Of a stretch of DNA of 64,000 nucleotides, positions 47,401-60,700 are shown one piece after another. The position numbers and the translations under genes are program-made. The first letter of the stretch is position 1. Each line of letters begins with the position of its first letter. The notes beneath the pieces were generated by a model. The model saw nothing but the letters and a program-made list of their open reading frames with translations. It made no database searches and had not been told where the DNA came from. Source of the stretch: Bugula neritina (Eukaryota > Animalia > Bryozoa); assembly GCA_964035545.1 (NCBI GenBank), contig CAXIUT010000236.1, forward strand, positions 13,581-77,580, read 5' to 3'.

Positions 47401-48269
47401 AAGCTAACACCCAAATGCTAGTCAGTCAAAATTGGAATATTCAGCAGATTGGGGTAAAATAATATAATTATGACATAGAAGTAAACATCAACCACCACAT
47501 GTATGTATAATCAGGTTCAGTTAGGGTACATAAAACACCCAAGTCATATCGACTTACAGAGAAGTAAATTATTATATCGGTTTAGCTTCAGTGCAACTTT
47601 TATTTGTAATTCTTGAAAATACAACTTGATGAAAAGTTTGAAACTGTTTACTTGTTGAATTATGATTAAATGAAAATTTGTGAACAATTCTATAGATAAA
47701 TAGCTTCATCAAGGAGACATGTTATACTTAATAAGTAATACCTCCATATAGCTCTTACAGCTGACACATGCCAAGAATAATCTAGAATGAATTTGTCCAA
47801 CTTTATACCCAATTGGTTGGTTGTCTAGTAGCTGACCATGTGACCATCACACCAGTTACTGTAATAATAAAGTAGTCTATAATTATGTGGTGTTGCATAT
47901 GATGAAAAACAATGAAATAAACATAAAATTCTAAATACAGCTCATTTATTACAACAGCAGTAGGAAAAACAAAAAAAATGGGAAATGGAAAAATACAAAA
48001 CAATCATATTTAATCTTGAAGATTAATCATTACTCAAATAAGTAGAAGAGTGTCATCATGCTTAATTAAGTTAAAATATGATTTGTTGAAAGAGCCATAA
48101 CCTGATAAATAATAAAGCTAGCAAATATACCTGATTGTTACCAGCAAGCTAAACATAATGACCAAGTGAGAACAAAATACTTCCCTAGTCTGGAGGCTGC
48201 TGAGTCACAATAAACTGATCAAACTATTCTTACTGACAGAGCAGACAATTTGAAAGTGTGAGCCTTTGA

Positions 48270-48450
48270 AAATCCTAAAGAAAACAACTACCTCATCATA
48301 TTCCAAGAAAGTGAGAGAAGACAACTACATAATGAAACTTTAAGAGAACAGGAGAAGACAACTACATTACGAGAGTTCACGAAAACAAAAGAAGACAACT
48401 TCGTAATGGAACTTCAAGAAAACAAGAGAAAACAACTACATTAGGAGCAA
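48270..48450. repeat. Degenerate ~37-bp tandem repeat (GAGAAGACAACTACATAATGAAACTT...) x4-5
   Basis: Recurrent GAAGACAACT core. Confidence 0.7.
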
Positions 48451-48720
48451 GCAGCAAGCTGCACAAATTTCCATTACCAGAGTTAGCTGATAATAAAATT
48501 ATAACCTCACGTGAAATAGCATGGCACATTATTGATTATTAAAAACACACAATAGAATAGATATGTAACTATACAGGTATGTAGATGATTTTTAGAAAAT
48601 ACTGCAAGTTTCCTCCACAAATAATTACAATATTCAAAAAGTGAATCAGAAATTTAAACAGATGGAAAATTTGGAATGTTTTACAATATTAGATAATATG
48701 TGATATGAGGTTTGGGGTTT

Positions 48721-51700
48721 GAACTGAAAAACTGAAGAGAACTAACATAAAAATACTGAGAAGAAACAAACAACAGCTTTTACACAAATCTGAGAAACCG
48801 TGAACAAACAGAAAACGCAAAAGTGAAGCAGAGTGAAGTGAAAACAACAGTCATAAAAGCATTCTACTGCCTGCATGTGTTACTAATGTGAATTCAGCAG
48901 AGGAAGTGTTATATTAGGATCATTATTGACTTTGTAAACACTATTCATCTAAATACAGTAGATTACAAGAAACAGGCCATAATGGTAAAACTGATTGCCT
49001 TGAAATATTGAGTAGTGATTTAAAAAAATCAACTTTGGCAAAATCTGAGCATGATCATGGTGTTTAAACGGTATGAAAATACTTAATAGGGAATGAAGGA
49101 AAAATTGTCAAAACTCAAAATGAGTGAATCATATTACATACAAATTAAATGATTTTGAACTGAAAATGAGTTCAAACTGACTAACTTAAATGAATGAAAA
49201 ATAGGAACAAATTACCATTCTAATATTACATAAACTCGAGTATGAAAATACAAAACATATTATATTTTTGTACTACTATTACCTATTTGTCATTAGCATA
49301 AAAACAAACACAACTAATGGAGTAAAATTTTGACTCTATTTATAATATCAATTTGAATGATGAATATAAATTTTCGTAGTCATATACTGATGGTAAAAAA
49401 GTAGAATAGTAGCGATTATAATGATGAATATCAATATGCATAAAACCCAATTTCCAAGAGACTAGAACAAGTGCTAAAACTAGACGGACGAAACACAAAT
49501 AAAGACACCGAGCTTGAAATAACATTTCATTACAATTATGACTAATGGTCATAGTGATAGTCATGCTTATAAGTTACCAGTAGAGGTTTGAGCTGTGGGA
49601 AAATAAAATAAAACGGGAGCCTGGAAGAGAATGAAAATGATAATAATAATCAATATCATAATTTAAAATATTATCATAATTATTAGGCATTGCAGTTATG
49701 ATTATAATTATTATAACAATAGTTGACATTATCATTATGATTATAATTATCATCGAGTTTTGTTGCCTATGGTTATCAATATCATATTGATATTTATTCT
49801 GATAATAAAAACAAAAAAGACAACTAATACTATAACTATTAATATTACTCTTACTACTACTGTTAGTGCAAGTATTTGTGTTAGTAATACTAATAGTAAT
49901 ACTAATAAGCTACTAAAACTACTAAAAATAGTCAAGTGAGCTACTATTACTCTATAGTCTATTGGCATTACTTAAATCATTAGCCTTAGCGTTACTATTA
50001 CTAACATAATCTTAATGATGAAGTTTGACATAAAATGAAAACGATTAAAATTAAATGCAAGGAGCCACCACTTGAAATTTAATTGAATTAGCAGTTGATA
50101 CAGACATTACCGCGACAGGGTTAAGGATTCTCTAAACAGAACTTGCAGAAGACATCAATGTAGGTTCAGCCGAGTGAATGATGAATGGCGATCCAATTAG
50201 AACCACGATTGAATACGTGCTTGTTACGTCATGTATCGTGACGCATGACTGGCCGTGCACGGCTTTAATATCCATGGACTGTGAATAACGGCTTTCTATT
50301 GGTTGAACAAATAATAAAAAAGGACAACAGACTCAAGAGAGTGCGAACTATAGATTAAGTGTATATATTGAGATAATTCGTTGATCAGCAACGGAAAAGA
50401 ATCAGTGAAGCATAAGGTTTAAAAACCATAGCCTTAAAAAGCAAAAAAAGTATATAAACCATAAGGCCAATATAGTTTGAAATAGTACAAGTTTCATTCA
50501 ATTTGAAAAGAGAATAACTCTAATATGCTGAAGAGTGGCTGTAAGAAATGATAGAGAGGTAAAGTTGTGTAGAAAACCACCAATGGAAAGTTATGTGGTT
50601 GGTATGTTAACTTCGAGGAAATATACTAAATTAATTACTGACCAAACGAATGCAGCATTATGTATCTGATCATGAGTTTGGCATATTGTCCATATGAAAG
50701 CTTAAAGTTGCTGAGTGGGCTCCAGGTAGCAAAGGGTCAGAAAACTAGCCAAAAAAAGACAACATTGAAGTGGAGTTCCACTTATTTAATCTATAAGTTC
50801 CGATGTCATGAACAATTGATAGTTGAGTGTGTTTGGTGGCCTTGCTAATTGTATGATTATGAAAACTAGTAGTTTGTAAAGGTTTTAGAAGTATGAGACT
50901 TGGGGTTTGGGGTTTGGGGTTTGGGGTTTGGGGTTTGGGGTTTGGGGTTTGGGGTTTGGGGTTTGGGGTTTGGGGTTTGGGGTTTGGGGTTTGGGGTTTG
51001 GGGTTTGGGGTTTGGGGTTTGGGGTTTGGGGTTTGGGGTTTGGGGTTTGGGGTTTGGGGTTTGGGGTTTGGGGTTTGGGGTTTGGGGTTTGGGGTTTGGG
51101 GTTTGGGGTTTGGGGTTTGGGGTTTGGGGTTTGGGGTTTGGGGTTTGGGGTTTGGGGTTTGGGGTTTGGGGTTTGGGGTTTGGGGTTTGGGGTTTGGGGT
51201 TTGAACTGAAAAACTGAAGAGAACTAACATAAAAATACTGAGAAGAAACAAACAACAGCTTTTACACAAATCTGAGAAACCGTGAACAAACAGAAAACGC
51301 AAAAGTGAAGCAGAGTGAAGTGAAAACAACAGTCATAAAAGCATTCTACTGCCTGCATGTGTTACTAATGTGAATTCAGCAGAGGAAGTGTTATATTAGG
51401 ATCATTATTGACTTTGTAAACACTATTCATCTAAATACAGTAGATTACAAGAAACAGGCCATAATGGTAAAACTGATTGCCTTGAAATATTGAGTAGTGA
51501 TTTAAAAAAATCAACTTTGGCAAAATCTGAGCATGATCATGGTGTTTAAACGGTATGAAAATACTTAATAGGGAATGAAGGAAAAATTGTCAAAACTCAA
51601 AATGAGTGAATCATATTACATACAAATTAAATGATTTTGAACTGAAAATGAGTTCAAACTGACTAACTTAAATGAATGAAAAATAGGAACAAATTACCAT

Positions 51701-54700
51701 TCTAATATTACATAAACTCGAGTATGAAAATACAAAACATATTATATTTTTGTACTACTATTACCTATTTGTCATTAGCATAAAAACAAACACAACTAAT
51801 GGAGTAAAATTTTGACTCTATTTATAATATCAATTTGAATGATGAATATAAATTTTCGTAGTCATATACTGATGGTAAAAAAGTAGAATAGTAGCGATTA
51901 TAATGATGAATATCAATATGCATAAAACCCAATTTCCAAGAGACTAGAACAAGTGCTAAAACTAGACGGACGAAACACAAATAAAGACACCGAGCTTGAA
52001 ATAACATTTCATTACAATTATGACTAATGGTCATAGTGATAGTCATGCTTATAAGTTACCAGTAGAGGTTTGAGCTGTGGGAAAATAAAATAAAACGGGA
52101 GCCTGGAAGAGAATGAAAATGATAATAATAATCAATATCATAATTTAAAATATTATCATAATTATTAGGCATTGCAGTTATGATTATAATTATTATAACA
52201 ATAGTTGACATTATCATTATGATTATAATTATCATCGAGTTTTGTTGCCTATGGTTATCAATATCATATTGATATTTATTCTGATAATAAAAACAAAAAA
52301 GACAACTAATACTATAACTATTAATATTACTCTTACTACTACTGTTAGTGCAAGTATTTGTGTTAGTAATACTAATAGTAATACTAATAAGCTACTAAAA
52401 CTACTAAAAATAGTCAAGTGAGCTACTATTACTCTATAGTCTATTGGCATTACTTAAATCATTAGCCTTAGCGTTACTATTACTAACATAATCTTAATGA
52501 TGAAGTTTGACATAAAATGAAAACGATTAAAATTAAATGCAAGGAGCCACCACTTGAAATTTAATTGAATTAGCAGTTGATACAGACATTACCGCGACAG
52601 GGTTAAGGATTCTCTAAACAGAACTTGCAGAAGACATCAATGTAGGTTCAGCCGAGTGAATGATGAATGGCGATCCAATTAGAACCACGATTGAATACGT
52701 GCTTGTTACGTCATGTATCGTGACGCATGACTGGCCGTGCACGGCTTTAATATCCATGGACTGTGAATAACGGCTTTCTATTGGTTGAACAAATAATAAA
52801 AAAGGACAACAGACTCAAGAGAGTGCGAACTATAGATTAAGTGTATATATTGAGATAATTCGTTGATCAGCAACGGAAAAGAATCAGTGAAGCATAAGGT
52901 TTAAAAACCATAGCCTTAAAAAGCAAAAAAAGTATATAAACCATAAGGCCAATATAGTTTGAAATAGTACAAGTTTCATTCAATTTGAAAAGAGAATAAC
53001 TCTAATATGCTGAAGAGTGGCTGTAAGAAATGATAGAGAGGTAAAGTTGTGTAGAAAACCACCAATGGAAAGTTATGTGGTTGGTATGTTAACTTCGAGG
53101 AAATATACTAAATTAATTACTGACCAAACGAATGCAGCATTATGTATCTGATCATGAGTTTGGCATATTGTCCATATGAAAGCTTAAAGTTGCTGAGTGG
53201 GCTCCAGGTAGCAAAGGGTCAGAAAACTAGCCAAAAAAAGACAACATTGAAGTGGAGTTCCACTTATTTAATCTATAAGTTCCGATGTCATGAACAATTG
53301 ATAGTTGAGTGTGTTTGGTGGCCTTGCTAATTGTATGATTATGAAAACTAGTAGTTTGTAAAGGTTTTAGAAGTATGAGACTTGGGGTTTGGGGTTTGGG
53401 GTTTGGGGTTTGGGGTTTGGGGTTTGGGGTTTGGGGTTTGGGGTTTGGGGTTTGGGGTTTGGGGTTTGGGGTTTGGGGTTTGGGGTTTGGGGTTTGGGGT
53501 TTGGGGTTTGGGGTTTGGGGTTTGGGGTTTGGGGTTTGGGGTTTGGGGTTTGGGGTTTGGGGTTTGGGGTTTGGGGTTTGGGGTTTGGGGTTTGGGGTTT
53601 GGGGTTTGGGGTTTGGGGTTTGGGGTTTGGGGTTTGGGGTTTGGGGTTTGGGGTTTGGGGTTTGGGGTTTGAACTGAAAAACTGAAGAGAACTAACATAA
53701 AAATACTGAGAAGAAACAAACAACAGCTTTTACACAAATCTGAGAAACCGTGAACAAACAGAAAACGCAAAAGTGAAGCAGAGTGAAGTGAAAACAACAG
53801 TCATAAAAGCATTCTACTGCCTGCATGTGTTACTAATGTGAATTCAGCAGAGGAAGTGTTATATTAGGATCATTATTGACTTTGTAAACACTATTCATCT
53901 AAATACAGTAGATTACAAGAAACAGGCCATAATGGTAAAACTGATTGCCTTGAAATATTGAGTAGTGATTTAAAAAAATCAACTTTGGCAAAATCTGAGC
54001 ATGATCATGGTGTTTAAACGGTATGAAAATACTTAATAGGGAATGAAGGAAAAATTGTCAAAACTCAAAATGAGTGAATCATATTACATACAAATTAAAT
54101 GATTTTGAACTGAAAATGAGTTCAAACTGACTAACTTAAATGAATGAAAAATAGGAACAAATTACCATTCTAATATTACATAAACTCGAGTATGAAAATA
54201 CAAAACATATTATATTTTTGTACTACTATTACCTATTTGTCATTAGCATAAAAACAAACACAACTAATGGAGTAAAATTTTGACTCTATTTATAATATCA
54301 ATTTGAATGATGAATATAAATTTTCGTAGTCATATACTGATGGTAAAAAAGTAGAATAGTAGCGATTATAATGATGAATATCAATATGCATAAAACCCAA
54401 TTTCCAAGAGACTAGAACAAGTGCTAAAACTAGACGGACGAAACACAAATAAAGACACCGAGCTTGAAATAACATTTCATTACAATTATGACTAATGGTC
54501 ATAGTGATAGTCATGCTTATAAGTTACCAGTAGAGGTTTGAGCTGTGGGAAAATAAAATAAAACGGGAGCCTGGAAGAGAATGAAAATGATAATAATAAT
54601 CAATATCATAATTTAAAATATTATCATAATTATTAGGCATTGCAGTTATGATTATAATTATTATAACAATAGTTGACATTATCATTATGATTATAATTAT

Positions 54701-57700
54701 CATCGAGTTTTGTTGCCTATGGTTATCAATATCATATTGATATTTATTCTGATAATAAAAACAAAAAAGACAACTAATACTATAACTATTAATATTACTC
54801 TTACTACTACTGTTAGTGCAAGTATTTGTGTTAGTAATACTAATAGTAATACTAATAAGCTACTAAAACTACTAAAAATAGTCAAGTGAGCTACTATTAC
54901 TCTATAGTCTATTGGCATTACTTAAATCATTAGCCTTAGCGTTACTATTACTAACATAATCTTAATGATGAAGTTTGACATAAAATGAAAACGATTAAAA
55001 TTAAATGCAAGGAGCCACCACTTGAAATTTAATTGAATTAGCAGTTGATACAGACATTACCGCGACAGGGTTAAGGATTCTCTAAACAGAACTTGCAGAA
55101 GACATCAATGTAGGTTCAGCCGAGTGAATGATGAATGGCGATCCAATTAGAACCACGATTGAATACGTGCTTGTTACGTCATGTATCGTGACGCATGACT
55201 GGCCGTGCACGGCTTTAATATCCATGGACTGTGAATAACGGCTTTCTATTGGTTGAACAAATAATAAAAAAGGACAACAGACTCAAGAGAGTGCGAACTA
55301 TAGATTAAGTGTATATATTGAGATAATTCGTTGATCAGCAACGGAAAAGAATCAGTGAAGCATAAGGTTTAAAAACCATAGCCTTAAAAAGCAAAAAAAG
55401 TATATAAACCATAAGGCCAATATAGTTTGAAATAGTACAAGTTTCATTCAATTTGAAAAGAGAATAACTCTAATATGCTGAAGAGTGGCTGTAAGAAATG
55501 ATAGAGAGGTAAAGTTGTGTAGAAAACCACCAATGGAAAGTTATGTGGTTGGTATGTTAACTTCGAGGAAATATACTAAATTAATTACTGACCAAACGAA
55601 TGCAGCATTATGTATCTGATCATGAGTTTGGCATATTGTCCATATGAAAGCTTAAAGTTGCTGAGTGGGCTCCAGGTAGCAAAGGGTCAGAAAACTAGCC
55701 AAAAAAAGACAACATTGAAGTGGAGTTCCACTTATTTAATCTATAAGTTCCGATGTCATGAACAATTGATAGTTGAGTGTGTTTGGTGGCCTTGCTAATT
55801 GTATGATTATGAAAACTAGTAGTTTGTAAAGGTTTTAGAAGTATGAGACTTGGGGTTTGGGGTTTGGGGTTTGGGGTTTGGGGTTTGGGGTTTGGGGTTT
55901 GGGGTTTGGGGTTTGGGGTTTGGGGTTTGGGGTTTGGGGTTTGGGGTTTGGGGTTTGGGGTTTGGGGTTTGGGGTTTGGGGTTTGGGGTTTGGGGTTTGG
56001 GGTTTGGGGTTTGGGGTTTGGGGTTTGGGGTTTGGGGTTTGGGGTTTGGGGTTTGGGGTTTGGGGTTTGGGGTTTGGGGTTTGGGGTTTGGGGTTTGGGG
56101 TTTGGGGTTTGGGGTTTGGGGTTTGGGGTTTGAACTGAAAAACTGAAGAGAACTAACATAAAAATACTGAGAAGAAACAAACAACAGCTTTTACACAAAT
56201 CTGAGAAACCGTGAACAAACAGAAAACGCAAAAGTGAAGCAGAGTGAAGTGAAAACAACAGTCATAAAAGCATTCTACTGCCTGCATGTGTTACTAATGT
56301 GAATTCAGCAGAGGAAGTGTTATATTAGGATCATTATTGACTTTGTAAACACTATTCATCTAAATACAGTAGATTACAAGAAACAGGCCATAATGGTAAA
56401 ACTGATTGCCTTGAAATATTGAGTAGTGATTTAAAAAAATCAACTTTGGCAAAATCTGAGCATGATCATGGTGTTTAAACGGTATGAAAATACTTAATAG
56501 GGAATGAAGGAAAAATTGTCAAAACTCAAAATGAGTGAATCATATTACATACAAATTAAATGATTTTGAACTGAAAATGAGTTCAAACTGACTAACTTAA
56601 ATGAATGAAAAATAGGAACAAATTACCATTCTAATATTACATAAACTCGAGTATGAAAATACAAAACATATTATATTTTTGTACTACTATTACCTATTTG
56701 TCATTAGCATAAAAACAAACACAACTAATGGAGTAAAATTTTGACTCTATTTATAATATCAATTTGAATGATGAATATAAATTTTCGTAGTCATATACTG
56801 ATGGTAAAAAAGTAGAATAGTAGCGATTATAATGATGAATATCAATATGCATAAAACCCAATTTCCAAGAGACTAGAACAAGTGCTAAAACTAGACGGAC
56901 GAAACACAAATAAAGACACCGAGCTTGAAATAACATTTCATTACAATTATGACTAATGGTCATAGTGATAGTCATGCTTATAAGTTACCAGTAGAGGTTT
57001 GAGCTGTGGGAAAATAAAATAAAACGGGAGCCTGGAAGAGAATGAAAATGATAATAATAATCAATATCATAATTTAAAATATTATCATAATTATTAGGCA
57101 TTGCAGTTATGATTATAATTATTATAACAATAGTTGACATTATCATTATGATTATAATTATCATCGAGTTTTGTTGCCTATGGTTATCAATATCATATTG
57201 ATATTTATTCTGATAATAAAAACAAAAAAGACAACTAATACTATAACTATTAATATTACTCTTACTACTACTGTTAGTGCAAGTATTTGTGTTAGTAATA
57301 CTAATAGTAATACTAATAAGCTACTAAAACTACTAAAAATAGTCAAGTGAGCTACTATTACTCTATAGTCTATTGGCATTACTTAAATCATTAGCCTTAG
57401 CGTTACTATTACTAACATAATCTTAATGATGAAGTTTGACATAAAATGAAAACGATTAAAATTAAATGCAAGGAGCCACCACTTGAAATTTAATTGAATT
57501 AGCAGTTGATACAGACATTACCGCGACAGGGTTAAGGATTCTCTAAACAGAACTTGCAGAAGACATCAATGTAGGTTCAGCCGAGTGAATGATGAATGGC
57601 GATCCAATTAGAACCACGATTGAATACGTGCTTGTTACGTCATGTATCGTGACGCATGACTGGCCGTGCACGGCTTTAATATCCATGGACTGTGAATAAC

Positions 57701-60700
57701 GGCTTTCTATTGGTTGAACAAATAATAAAAAAGGACAACAGACTCAAGAGAGTGCGAACTATAGATTAAGTGTATATATTGAGATAATTCGTTGATCAGC
57801 AACGGAAAAGAATCAGTGAAGCATAAGGTTTAAAAACCATAGCCTTAAAAAGCAAAAAAAGTATATAAACCATAAGGCCAATATAGTTTGAAATAGTACA
57901 AGTTTCATTCAATTTGAAAAGAGAATAACTCTAATATGCTGAAGAGTGGCTGTAAGAAATGATAGAGAGGTAAAGTTGTGTAGAAAACCACCAATGGAAA
58001 GTTATGTGGTTGGTATGTTAACTTCGAGGAAATATACTAAATTAATTACTGACCAAACGAATGCAGCATTATGTATCTGATCATGAGTTTGGCATATTGT
58101 CCATATGAAAGCTTAAAGTTGCTGAGTGGGCTCCAGGTAGCAAAGGGTCAGAAAACTAGCCAAAAAAAGACAACATTGAAGTGGAGTTCCACTTATTTAA
58201 TCTATAAGTTCCGATGTCATGAACAATTGATAGTTGAGTGTGTTTGGTGGCCTTGCTAATTGTATGATTATGAAAACTAGTAGTTTGTAAAGGTTTTAGA
58301 AGTATGAGACTTGGGGTTTGGGGTTTGGGGTTTGGGGTTTGGGGTTTGGGGTTTGGGGTTTGGGGTTTGGGGTTTGGGGTTTGGGGTTTGGGGTTTGGGG
58401 TTTGGGGTTTGGGGTTTGGGGTTTGGGGTTTGGGGTTTGGGGTTTGGGGTTTGGGGTTTGGGGTTTGGGGTTTGGGGTTTGGGGTTTGGGGTTTGGGGTT
58501 TGGGGTTTGGGGTTTGGGGTTTGGGGTTTGGGGTTTGGGGTTTGGGGTTTGGGGTTTGGGGTTTGGGGTTTGGGGTTTGGGGTTTGGGATTTGGGGTTTG
58601 GGGTTTGGGGTTTGGGGTTTGGGGTTTGGGGTTTGGGGTTTGGGGTTTGGGGTTTGGGGTTTGGGGTTTGAACTGAAAAACTGAAGAGAACTAACATAAA
58701 AATACTGAGAAGAAACAAACAACAGCTTTTACACAAATCTGAGAAACCGTGAACAAACAGAAAACGCAAAAGTGAAGCAGAGTGAAGTGAAAACAACAGT
58801 CATAAAAGCATTCTACTGCCTGCATGTGTTACTAATGTGAATTCAGCAGAGGAAGTGTTATATTAGGATCATTATTGACTTTGTAAACACTATTCATCTA
58901 AATACAGTAGATTACAAGAAACAGGCCATAATGGTAAAACTGATTGCCTTGAAATATTGAGTAGTGATTTAAAAAAATCAACTTTGGCAAAATCTGAGCA
59001 TGATCATGGTGTTTAAACGGTATGAAAATACTTAATAGGGAATGAAGGAAAAATTGTCAAAACTCAAAATGAGTGAATCATATTACATACAAATTAAATG
59101 ATTTTGAACTGAAAATGAGTTCAAACTGACTAACTTAAATGAATGAAAAATAGGAACAAATTACCATTCTAATATTACATAAACTCGAGTATGAAAATAC
59201 AAAACATATTATATTTTTGTACTACTATTACCTATTTGTCATTAGCATAAAAACAAACACAACTAATGGAGTAAAATTTTGACTCTATTTATAATATCAA
59301 TTTGAATGATGAATATAAATTTTCGTAGTCATATACTGATGGTAAAAAAGTAGAATAGTAGCGATTATAATGATGAATATCAATATGCATAAAACCCAAT
59401 TTCCAAGAGACTAGAACAAGTGCTAAAACTAGACGGACGAAACACAAATAAAGACACCGAGCTTGAAATAACATTTCATTACAATTATGACTAATGGTCA
59501 TAGTGATAGTCATGCTTATAAGTTACCAGTAGAGGTTTGAGCTGTGGGAAAATAAAATAAAACGGGAGCCTGGAAGAGAATGAAAATGATAATAATAATC
59601 AATATCATAATTTAAAATATTATCATAATTATTAGGCATTGCAGTTATGATTATAATTATTATAACAATAGTTGACATTATCATTATGATTATAATTATC
59701 ATCGAGTTTTGTTGCCTATGGTTATCAATATCATATTGATATTTATTCTGATAATAAAAACAAAAAAGACAACTAATACTATAACTATTAATATTACTCT
59801 TACTACTACTGTTAGTGCAAGTATTTGTGTTAGTAATACTAATAGTAATACTAATAAGCTACTAAAACTACTAAAAATAGTCAAGTGAGCTACTATTACT
59901 CTATAGTCTATTGGCATTACTTAAATCATTAGCCTTAGCGTTACTATTACTAACATAATCTTAATGATGAAGTTTGACATAAAATGAAAACGATTAAAAT
60001 TAAATGCAAGGAGCCACCACTTGAAATTTAATTGAATTAGCAGTTGATACAGACATTACCGCGACAGGGTTAAGGATTCTCTAAACAGAACTTGCAGAAG
60101 ACATCAATGTAGGTTCAGCCGAGTGAATGATGAATGGCGATCCAATTAGAACCACGATTGAATACGTGCTTGTTACGTCATGTATCGTGACGCATGACTG
60201 GCCGTGCACGGCTTTAATATCCATGGACTGTGAATAACGGCTTTCTATTGGTTGAACAAATAATAAAAAAGGACAACAGACTCAAGAGAGTGCGAACTAT
60301 AGATTAAGTGTATATATTGAGATAATTCGTTGATCAGCAACGGAAAAGAATCAGTGAAGCATAAGGTTTAAAAACCATAGCCTTAAAAAGCAAAAAAAGT
60401 ATATAAACCATAAGGCCAATATAGTTTGAAATAGTACAAGTTTCATTCAATTTGAAAAGAGAATAACTCTAATATGCTGAAGAGTGGCTGTAAGAAATGA
60501 TAGAGAGGTAAAGTTGTGTAGAAAACCACCAATGGAAAGTTATGTGGTTGGTATGTTAACTTCGAGGAAATATACTAAATTAATTACTGACCAAACGAAT
60601 GCAGCATTATGTATCTGATCATGAGTTTGGCATATTGTCCATATGAAAGCTTAAAGTTGCTGAGTGGGCTCCAGGTAGCAAAGGGTCAGAAAACTAGCCA

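Larger units (their letters stand above)
35745..48100 (-). repeat. Inverted segmental duplications of the 21.6-26.2/31.6-31.9 kb unit: copies ~35745-40220, ~40625-42240, ~43100-46400, ~47210-48100
   Basis: Reverse-complement matches: exon 22672-22786 at ~39015-39129, ~41379-41495 and ~45200-45295; exon 24744-24860 at ~37385-37502 and ~47745-47862; exon 23890-24018 at ~43375-43505. Confidence 0.92.

Noticed and set aside
48500-48725. Telomerase RNA gene (minus-strand CAAACCCCAAACC resembles a template)
   Set aside because: The surroundings are very AT-rich, with no pseudoknot, CR4/5 or H/ACA structure that I can see. A recombination seed explains it more simply.
50104-50124. piggyBac-like end (AGGG-TTAA)
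   Set aside because: No matching opposite terminus found in the unit.
48721-50899. Autonomous telomeric retrotransposon (HeT-A/TART, SART/TRAS, Penelope-like)
   Set aside because: No gag or RT ORF, no poly(A) tail and no 5' truncations. A non-autonomous derivative cannot be fully excluded.
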